64,000 bases of DNA from an uncultured Pseudomonadota bacterium (GTDB lineage Bacteria; Desulfobacterota; Syntrophorhabdia; Syntrophorhabdales; CAYQXL01): NCBI GenBank assembly GCA_964651435.1, contig CAZYVU010000001.1, positions 54,440 to 118,439 of the forward strand, given 5' to 3'. The first letter of the stretch is position 1; each line of letters opens with the position of its first letter. Below are positions 57,521 to 64,000 of this stretch, in pieces. A program made the position numbers and the translations under genes. The notes below the pieces were generated by a model that saw nothing but the letters and a program-made list of their open reading frames with translations, had not been told where the DNA came from and did no database searches.

Positions 57521-58909
57521 TCAGCCTTTCTGCCGCAGGTTTCCTCGGGTCATGGAGGCGAACATCCCGATAACGCAAAGCCCTCCGAAAACGATTAGCG
57601 CGAGCCTGATACTCTTGAGCAGCAACGGATAGAGCGTCGGGACAAGCTCCGCCTTCCCCATATAGACTGTAAAAATGATCATGGTGATGCCCATGCTCAT
57701 CATCTGTCCCAGAAGCCGCATGGTGGCAAGCATGGATGAGGCGATGCCATAGTGCCTGCTCTCGACGGAGCTCATGATCGCATTCGTATTCGGCGACGAA
57801 AAAAGGGCAAAGCCGACACCAAGCACGACGAGGCTTGCGGCCACGAGGGCGAGGCTCGTCGTTGGGCCGACGGACACGAGAAGAAAGAGACCCAGCGCCG
57901 TAAGCCCCATGCCCGACGAGGCAAGAATCCTCGGCTCGACGGTGTCCGACATGCGGCCTGCAAGGGGGGAGAAAAGGGCTTGAACAAAGGGCTGGACCAC
58001 CAGGAGAAAGCCTGCGGACTGGGCGGTGAGATCCCGCAGGTGTTGCAGGTAGAAGCTGAGCAGGAAGGAGACGGCGAATGTGGCAGAGTAGTGGATGAGG
58101 GCGGCAGCGTTTGAAAGGGCGAAGACCCTGTTTCGCGCGAAGAGGGCCACATCAAGGAGGGCCCTGTCGGAGCGCCCTTCCAGGGCCACAAAGACAAAGA
58201 GGCCCACGACACCTGCCGCAAGCAGAAGCATGCCGGAGAACGAGGGCAGCAGGGAAAAGCCGTACATAAGGGCAAAAATCGTTGCCACATACGTGGCGCT
58301 GCCTACAAAGTCGAACGCCTCACCCTTTGCCTCCGTCCACTCCTCCCTGAGCTTCCACAGCGTCAGGAAGATAATGGCGATGCCCGGCGGCACGTTGACG
58401 AAAAAGACGCTCCGCCAACCCAGGTGCTGGGTGAGAATACCCCCCAGGAAAGGGCCGCAGGAAAGGCCGAGATAGACGGCCGCAACGTTGATCCCCAAGA
58501 CCTTGCCCCGCTCGCCGGGCGGAAAGACAGAGCTCAGGATGGCAATTCCTGTTCCGAAAATCATGCCGGCCCCCACCCCCTGAAGGGCCCGAAAGGCCAC
58601 AAGCATGGCTTGTGTCGAGGCCGCGCCGAGGCCGACAGAGGCCGCCGTGAATATCCCCGTACCGATAAGGAAAACCTTCTTCCTGCCGCAAATATCGGCC
58701 AGCCTGCCGAAGGGGAGAAGGACCATCGCGGCGGTAAGGATGTAGGATGTGGCGATCCAACCGAGGGCGACGGCGGTAAACCGGAATTCCCTTCCTATGG
58801 ATGGGAGGGCGACGTTCACTGTCGAGAGGGCAAGCGGCGTCAGAAAAGACGAAAGGGTGGTGACGATAAGGGTCGACCGCTTAAGAAGGTCCTCGCTGCT
58901 TCCGCCCAA
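57521..58909 (-). CDS. MFS transporter, DHA2 (EmrB/QacA-like, 14-TMS)
   Basis: 462 aa. MFS motif A region (G.LAD..GRKKVF) and 14 hydrophobic segments. TTG start per the track. Confidence 0.85.
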   Translation of the reverse strand: MGGSSEDLLKRSTLIVTTLSSFLTPLALSTVNVALPSIGREFRFTAVALGWIATSYILTAAMVLLPFGRLADICGRKKVFLIGTGIFTAASVGLGAASTQAMLVAFRALQGVGAGMIFGTGIAILSSVFPPGERGKVLGINVAAVYLGLSCGPFLGGILTQHLGWRSVFFVNVPPGIAIIFLTLWKLREEWTEAKGEAFDFVGSATYVATIFALMYGFSLLPSFSGMLLLAAGVVGLFVFVALEGRSDRALLDVALFARNRVFALSNAAALIHYSATFAVSFLLSFYLQHLRDLTAQSAGFLLVVQPFVQALFSPLAGRMSDTVEPRILASSGMGLTALGLFLLVSVGPTTSLALVAASLVVLGVGFALFSSPNTNAIMSSVESRHYGIASSMLATMRLLGQMMSMGITMIIFTVYMGKAELVPTLYPLLLKSIRLALIVFGGLCVIGMFASMTRGNLRQKG

Positions 58910-58921
58910 CGGGTCTCCCTT

Positions 58922-59929
58922 TTACGACCCCTGGCGGTAGCCCACGGCGGTGTAGTAGGCTGCCCTGTCGAAAAAATAGACGAGCCTTTCGCCTAACTCG
59001 AACATCCGGTAGATGTCGAGGGCCTTTTCCCAAACGCCAAAGGAGTATGTGAACATCCAGATATGCTTTTTTAGGAGGCTAAGGGAGCTGATAACGTCCT
59101 CCAGAGGGATGCCCTCGCTCCTCCTTGCCTCTCCCAGCGCAAGGTAGAAATTCTTGAACTTCTTTTCTCCCGTTCTTCCTTTGAGCCACACCTCAAAATG
59201 ACCTAAAATCACCATTGCCCGCCGCGAAAGGTCTTCCTTGTCAATGAGCCGGTATGACGGGGTCGAGGGGTTTGTGCCCACATCGTCGAGCCACAGCTCT
59301 ATTATCCTTTCCGAGTTAACCTGGACCACGTTGATCAGCTCGTCGGATAGGAGACCGCCGGGATAGGCAATCGAATCCTTCAGGGCACCCTCCACGAACG
59401 TTTCAAAGGAGTCATGTATCTTCCAGAGGTCCTTCTTGAGCTCTATGAACTTTTGGACCGCTGCCTCCTGCGAGTCGAAAGCCAGCTTGGGAAGGTTCAT
59501 GACGGGAAAATACCGGCAGTCGCCGGCATCGTCGCCCGCACGTTCCTCGCCGCCCGTTTTCTCCGCCTCGAAGGTGACGATGAGCAGGTCCCCATAGAGA
59601 GGGTTGTTGTGGGACGACACGTCGATGAGCTGAACGATCCTTCCGTCGATGCCTGCTTCTTCCTTGAGCTCCCTCAGCGCCGCGCTTTCGACGTTTTCCC
59701 CTGTCTCGGCAAAACCGATAGGAAAGCACCACATGTCCTTGAAAGGCTCCCGGTCGCGCTTGACGAGGAGCAGCTCCCGGTCGCGGCTCGCAACGATTAC
59801 CGATACCACCGGAAGGGGGTTCTCGTAATAGATCTGGCCGCATCCGCGGCACACCCGTCGGGGCCTGCCTTCCAGCACCTCAGTAAAAAGGTCCTGGCCG
59901 CAGAAATTGCAGAAGAGTTTGTTCCTCAT
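58922..59929 (-). CDS. NUDIX hydrolase with N-terminal zinc ribbon and ~170-aa C-terminal helical domain
   Basis: CNFCG..x17..CRGCG ribbon. Nudix box GFAETGENVESAALRELKEEAGI. The C-terminal region resembles the RsbRD N-terminal/non-heme globin sensor type (low certainty). Confidence 0.8.
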   Translation of the reverse strand: MRNKLFCNFCGQDLFTEVLEGRPRRVCRGCGQIYYENPLPVVSVIVASRDRELLLVKRDREPFKDMWCFPIGFAETGENVESAALRELKEEAGIDGRIVQLIDVSSHNNPLYGDLLIVTFEAEKTGGEERAGDDAGDCRYFPVMNLPKLAFDSQEAAVQKFIELKKDLWKIHDSFETFVEGALKDSIAYPGGLLSDELINVVQVNSERIIELWLDDVGTNPSTPSYRLIDKEDLSRRAMVILGHFEVWLKGRTGEKKFKNFYLALGEARRSEGIPLEDVISSLSLLKKHIWMFTYSFGVWEKALDIYRMFELGERLVYFFDRAAYYTAVGYRQGS

Positions 59930-60681
59930 TTTGTGGCGAGAAAGATTCTATCGTTCTTGTTCAGCCTTACCTCCCCTTTTGTCGCCAACTCGCCTGCCAT
60001 GGCCTCCTTGACCTTTTCCGGCTCCACGTCCCTCACTATGAACTCTTTTTTGAACTCGATATACTTTTCCAGGTCTACCAGGCTGCCGCGGGGGAAAAGC
60101 AGTGCGTTGGGGTAGTCCATAACCTGAACGTCAGCGAAGTGCCTGCGCAGTTGGGCCTCTCCGTTCTCCGCCGAAAAGCTCCTGATGAGGCGCCGCAAAT
60201 TTCTGAAATCGAAGTGACGCTCGCCCTCCTCCATCATCGACTCGCTGTGCGTAATAACGAGCAGCGATCCGCCCCGCCGCAGAAGCCTGTAAGTTTCCGC
60301 CAAGGCCTGTGGAAAAAAATAGAGCGAGTAGGCCGCAACGGCCACATCGAAGGACTCGTCTGCCGCCGGAACGGGTGCGGGCAAGAGGATGTTAAGAAAG
60401 GCTGCTTTGGCCGCAATGCGCCGCGCCGCTCCAAGGAACTGCTCTTCATTCTTGCTGTGACAATCGACACCGAGAATGTAGTCGTACGGCCCCTTTAACC
60501 TCTCTTCAAACCATCCGTATCCGCACCCCAGGTCCACAATGGTGCCGATATCGCCCTTCGCCTCCAAAAGAGATGCGGCGAGAATGCCGACATCCTGCTT
60601 GTTCTCTGAATACTGTTCGATGAGCGCGCCGATCTCCCTGTGAAAACTGCAGTCCGCGTAGCTCTGTATGACGGTGCCCAT
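59926..60681 (-). CDS. Class I SAM-dependent methyltransferase
   Basis: Motif I VDLGCGYGW and post-I/II motifs. ATGA-type overlap with the NUDIX gene. Confidence 0.8.
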   Translation of the reverse strand: MGTVIQSYADCSFHREIGALIEQYSENKQDVGILAASLLEAKGDIGTIVDLGCGYGWFEERLKGPYDYILGVDCHSKNEEQFLGAARRIAAKAAFLNILLPAPVPAADESFDVAVAAYSLYFFPQALAETYRLLRRGGSLLVITHSESMMEEGERHFDFRNLRRLIRSFSAENGEAQLRRHFADVQVMDYPNALLFPRGSLVDLEKYIEFKKEFIVRDVEPEKVKEAMAGELATKGEVRLNKNDRIFLATK

Positions 60682-60802
60682 GTGGCTTTATATAGCCCAA
60701 GCAAGGGTTTTTGTAAATCAAAAAGCCTGTTTCCTTGAAAAACGGGGCCGTTATCATTATAGTGTGACCAGAAACCTTTTAAGTTTTTATGGGAGTGGTT
60801 TG

Positions 60803-61138
60803 ATGCCTATTTACGAATATGACTGTAGCGACTGCGGACGCATTTCGTCCTTTCTTCTCCTTCGCACAACCGAGGAGGTGAGCCCCTTCTGCAAGGCCTG
60901 CGGGGGCAGGAATGTCAAGCGGGTCCTGTCCAGGGTGGCCGTGCTGAAGAGCGAGGAGCGCCGCCTTGAGGGGCTCCTCGATCCGACCAAGTTCTCCGAT
61001 CTCGACGAGAATGACCCGGCAAGCGTGGAGCGGGTCATGCGCCGCATGGGAAAGGAGTTGGGAGACGAACTGGGGGAAGGCTTCGAGGAGTCTCTCGACG
61101 AGGCCATGGGAGACACTGCTATATCCGGCGAGGAGTAG
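60803..61138 (+). CDS. FmdB-family zinc-ribbon protein with acidic C-terminal tail
   Basis: In-frame part of ORF 60668..61138. MPIYEYDCSDCG...CKACGG signature. Confidence 0.8.
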   Translation: MPIYEYDCSDCGRISSFLLLRTTEEVSPFCKACGGRNVKRVLSRVAVLKSEERRLEGLLDPTKFSDLDENDPASVERVMRRMGKELGDELGEGFEESLDEAMGDTAISGEE

Positions 61139-61733
61139 CAAAGGACCCTTTGCCCTCCCGCAACACCCGCACCGTGTCATCTATAAGGCTTATGACCGTC
61201 GAAGGATCGCTGACAATAATGCCTCCGTCGAGGACCAGTTCAACGCCCCCCTTGAAGTCTTTCTCAATGACCCTCGGGTCCGTAAAGATATCGCCCCCCG
61301 ATATCTTTACGGTGGTGTTCAGTATGGGCCTGTTGATAAGGTTGGCAAGGCCTATGGGGATAGGGTGGTCCGGCACGCGGATACCCACCTCCTTCTTCTC
61401 CGTCATGAGCAGCTTGGGCATTATCTTGCGCGCCTGAAGGACAAAAGTGTAAGGACCCGGCAGATGCTCCTTCATCGCATCGAAGGCAAAATCGGTGACG
61501 ACGGCATAGGTGCTTATTTCCCTGAGGTCCCGGCACATAAGCGTCAGAGCCTTTTTTGTGTCGAGTCGCTTGAGGGCGTAGAGTCGCCGTATTGCCTTGA
61601 TGTTAAAAAGGTCGCAACCCATGCCGTAAACCGTGTCCGTGGGGTATGCGATGATTCCGCCGGCCTCCACGGCCTCCTTGATCAGTGCTGTAGCCCTCTT
61701 TTTTGGCCTCGCAGGGTCCCACTCCACGATCAT
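61119..61733 (-). CDS. tsaC: L-threonylcarbamoyladenylate synthase (TsaC/YrdC/Sua5 family)
   Basis: GG(I/V)IAYPTDTVYG.GCD motif and the YrdC fold length (204 aa). Confidence 0.88.
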   Translation of the reverse strand: MIVEWDPARPKKRATALIKEAVEAGGIIAYPTDTVYGMGCDLFNIKAIRRLYALKRLDTKKALTLMCRDLREISTYAVVTDFAFDAMKEHLPGPYTFVLQARKIMPKLLMTEKKEVGIRVPDHPIPIGLANLINRPILNTTVKISGGDIFTDPRVIEKDFKGGVELVLDGGIIVSDPSTVISLIDDTVRVLREGKGSFATPRRI

Positions 61734-62290
61734 TTCTTCCTCCCTACGTATTGTGCCGTTGCCCGGGCCCTTCCGCCCTCCGCCCTAAGGCCCTCCTCAT
61801 AAAAGATCGTTTCCAGGCCACCGAAGAGGTGGAGGAGTTCGCCATCGTCCAAAAGGTAATCGGGGTTCCGCCACCGGTCGATGCTGTTCTGTCTTTTTAG
61901 AAAGGTTTCGCAGATAAGGACTCCTCCCTTCCGAAGAAGCCGCACCACGTCCTCCGCCATTTCCCGGAGAAGGAAATAGAAAATGATGATTCCCGCTGCC
62001 GAACCTTCCTTTAGGGGAAGCGCTGCTGCGTCGGCCTGCACAAAGCCGAGAAGTCCGGGTCCCCATGCCGCGCCGGCACGGGCCAACCGGATGGCCTCCC
62101 CGGACCGCTCTATGCCCACAGCCCAAAAGCCTTCTTCGGCCAAAAAAATGAGGTCGCGCCCGTTCCCCATGGCAATGTCGACGACGCGGCCCCGGGGGAT
62201 GGCCGGGGCAAACCGCAAGAGAAGGTCGTGTGGCCCCCGTATTCCGTGGGCGTAGCCTTCTCTGTAGCGCTTATCCCAGTCAGGCGCCAA
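61730..62290 (-). CDS. Class I SAM-dependent methyltransferase (TehB/TPMT-like)
   Basis: W...Y N-terminus, motif I VVDIAMGNGRD. 4-nt overlap with tsaC. Confidence 0.75.
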   Translation of the reverse strand: MAPDWDKRYREGYAHGIRGPHDLLLRFAPAIPRGRVVDIAMGNGRDLIFLAEEGFWAVGIERSGEAIRLARAGAAWGPGLLGFVQADAAALPLKEGSAAGIIIFYFLLREMAEDVVRLLRKGGVLICETFLKRQNSIDRWRNPDYLLDDGELLHLFGGLETIFYEEGLRAEGGRARATAQYVGRKK

Positions 62291-63110
62291 GGAGCCTCCC
62301 GGCGTTTAAGCCCATAACCTTTGCCTTTGCCTTTGCTCCCAGCATCGAGAGCCCCTCCTCGTACCTTCCGCGGCGAAGCAGGGGAAAGTCTGAGCCGAAC
62401 AGGGTTTTCTTGGCCAGAAACCGCCCCAAAAAGCGATACACCTCGACACCATACAAGAACGGTACGGCCGCCGTGTCGTAGTATACATTCTTGAAGGCCT
62501 TCCTGATCTCCGGCATAAACTCGTAGAAACAGAGTCCGCCGCCCAGGTGGGCAAGCACTACGGTGAGGGCCCCGTGAGCCGACAGGAACTCTGCGACCTC
62601 GCCGAAGTCAATCGCCGCCTTGCCCGCATAGGAGTGGCCTATTTGTTCGTTCATGTGGAGCATAAGGATGGCCCCCGCCTCCATTACGGTGCCGGCGAGC
62701 CTGTCAAGCCGTCTCCGCTCCGGGGCGCCGAGGCCGTTCACGTAGAACCCAATCTCGCCGATCCCTCGGGCGCCGAGGCCGAGACAACGCTCGCTTTCCT
62801 TTTCCGGCGCCCTGCCGCCCCTTTCGGAAACTGCCGCAAAGGGCACGATGCGGGGGTTTCGCCGGGCCGCCTGGAGAATATAATCGTTGCAAGAACGAAG
62901 CAGACCCTGGTCTGCGAATCCGAAGCTGCACGCCACGGCCATGTCCAACGAGGCTGCGTACAGATATGCCTCCAGGTCTTCGGCATCGGCCATGGGCGAT
63001 CGGGGGTTCTCATAAAGCCTGCCAAAGGCGTCGTCGCGTCGACAAAGGCTTTCCCTTTCCCGGATTATTTCCGGGGGGAAGATGTGCGTGTGAAAATCCG
63101 TTGCTCCCAT
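62280..63110 (-). CDS. Amidohydrolase-2 family metal-dependent hydrolase (TIM barrel)
   Basis: N-terminal D.H.H motif (TDFHTHIF) and C-terminal GSDFP. 11-nt overlap with the methyltransferase. Confidence 0.8.
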   Translation of the reverse strand: MGATDFHTHIFPPEIIRERESLCRRDDAFGRLYENPRSPMADAEDLEAYLYAASLDMAVACSFGFADQGLLRSCNDYILQAARRNPRIVPFAAVSERGGRAPEKESERCLGLGARGIGEIGFYVNGLGAPERRRLDRLAGTVMEAGAILMLHMNEQIGHSYAGKAAIDFGEVAEFLSAHGALTVVLAHLGGGLCFYEFMPEIRKAFKNVYYDTAAVPFLYGVEVYRFLGRFLAKKTLFGSDFPLLRRGRYEEGLSMLGAKAKAKVMGLNAGRLLGA

Positions 63111-63181
63111 AAGGTTTCATCATTATACCACCGTCGTTGGGCCTCGTGGACTTTTGTTTTCTTCGATGCTATAACATCTCC

Positions 63182-63823
63182 GTGGCCATACGGGTCGTTT
63201 TCTTTGATTGCGACGGCACCCTGACAAGGGTCAGGAGCAGTTGGGAATATCTGCACAGGCGTCTGGGCCTGTGGGAGAGCGGGGCCCATAAGTACCAGGA
63301 TTTGTTTCGCCAGGGCCTCATAGATTATGAGGAGTTCTGCAGGAGGGACGCCCTCTTGTGGAGGGGCATGCCCGCGGCCTCCGTGCACGAGGTCATAAGC
63401 GAGATACCCTACCAGACCGATGCACAGAGGTGCATCGAAGCCCTGAAGGCTCGCGGCATTTACACCGTCATGGTCTCCACGGGCCTTTCCTTTCTTGTCG
63501 ACAAAGTAAAGGTTGAGTTGGGCATCGACGAGGCGTTCTCTAACGATCTTGTCGTTGAAGACGGCGTACTGACTGGGGAAATTCGCCTGTCTGTGGCTCA
63601 CGACGGAAAGGGCAGGGTTGTCAAGGACCTGCTGGCGCTGAGGTGTCTTTCGCCCGAGGAAGCGGCGGCTGTCGGGGACGGCGAGGGGGACCGCGACATG
63701 TTCCAGGCCGTCGGTCTCGCCATAGGATTTCACCCCCACGAGGCCCTCGCCCCCGCTTTGGGCCACGCCCTTTTCAGCAGGTCGCTTCTCCCTGTGGGCG
63801 ACATCGTGGATAGCTATGGGTAA
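63182..63823 (+). CDS. HAD-IB hydrolase, phosphoserine-phosphatase-like
   Basis: In-frame part of ORF 63137..63823 (track start TTG; GTG 63182 preferred). Motif I FFDCDGTLT, motif IV GDGEGDRDM. Confidence 0.8.
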   Translation: MAIRVVFFDCDGTLTRVRSSWEYLHRRLGLWESGAHKYQDLFRQGLIDYEEFCRRDALLWRGMPAASVHEVISEIPYQTDAQRCIEALKARGIYTVMVSTGLSFLVDKVKVELGIDEAFSNDLVVEDGVLTGEIRLSVAHDGKGRVVKDLLALRCLSPEEAAAVGDGEGDRDMFQAVGLAIGFHPHEALAPALGHALFSRSLLPVGDIVDSYG

Positions 63824-64000
63824 ACCCCTGTGGGCGACATCGGCTGTCTCCGTAATCCTGCTGGCCCTTCTTCTGGGTGGCTGTGCGCAAAAAAAGGTTG
63901 CCGTTGACGTCGGATCGGAGCAGGTTCGGGCTGAGGCGGTCAATTTCGCCCTGGCCCAGAGGGGCAAACCCTATCGTTACGGCGCCAGGGGACCTGACTC
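63816..64000 (+). CDS. NlpC/P60 (C40 peptidase) lipoprotein, 3'-truncated by window end
   Basis: Not in the ORF track because it runs off the end. MGKPLWATSAVSVILLALLLGGC lipobox, then ALAQRGKPYRYGARGPD, typical of the NlpC/P60 N-terminal region. Confidence 0.7.
   Translation, partial: MGKPLWATSAVSVILLALLLGGCAQKKVAVDVGSEQVRAEAVNFALAQRGKPYRYGARGPD

Overview
The window is a high-GC (about 60% by eye) chromosomal segment, and its gene content points to an anaerobic, Deltaproteobacteria-like organism. That content includes a tetraheme cytochrome c3 with System II cytochrome c maturation genes, nifS-iscU, class 1B pyrK/pyrD, rpoN-lptB-kdsDA-pyrG, TRAP transporters and a xanthine-dehydrogenase-family molybdoenzyme. 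Most of the window is densely packed housekeeping operons with frequent 1-20 nt start/stop overlaps. In order: a NodT-MacA-MacB type efflux operon; hrcA-grpE-dnaJ; a c3-ccsB-ccsA-purQ-ihf string; a FecCD/BtuF-type ABC importer; tRNA-Gly and tRNA-Cys; nifS-iscU-yjbQ. Then a serine-synthesis cluster; an acyl-CoA ligase; tRNA-Ala; kefGB; rnk; the rpoN/LPS/CTP block; a threonine block (aminotransferase, hom, apgM-like proposed homoserine kinase). Then recJ; pyrKD; rimI; mobA; the TRAP plus molybdo-hydroxylase locus; an MFS-NUDIX-methyltransferase operon; a tsaC operon. I found no CRISPR array, IS element, integrase or rRNA. The least ordinary part starts right after tRNA-Ala (about 23.6-28.2 kb, visibly more AT-rich). 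It holds a decayed BrnT-like toxin remnant with an elongated antitoxin-like ORF, secreted and lipoprotein genes of unknown function, and unannotated small ORFs. It also holds an ADP-ribosylglycohydrolase gene pair preceded by a promoter, a roughly 140-nt structured leader and an intrinsic terminator that I could not assign to any riboswitch class by eye. That leader is my best candidate for something undescribed. The second notable locus is a molybdo-hydroxylase operon with two extra small Cys/Zn proteins, sandwiched between the split halves of a TRAP transporter. All functional calls rest on my recognition of motifs in the supplied translations. No database search was run, and non-CDS coordinates may be off by 1-2 nt.
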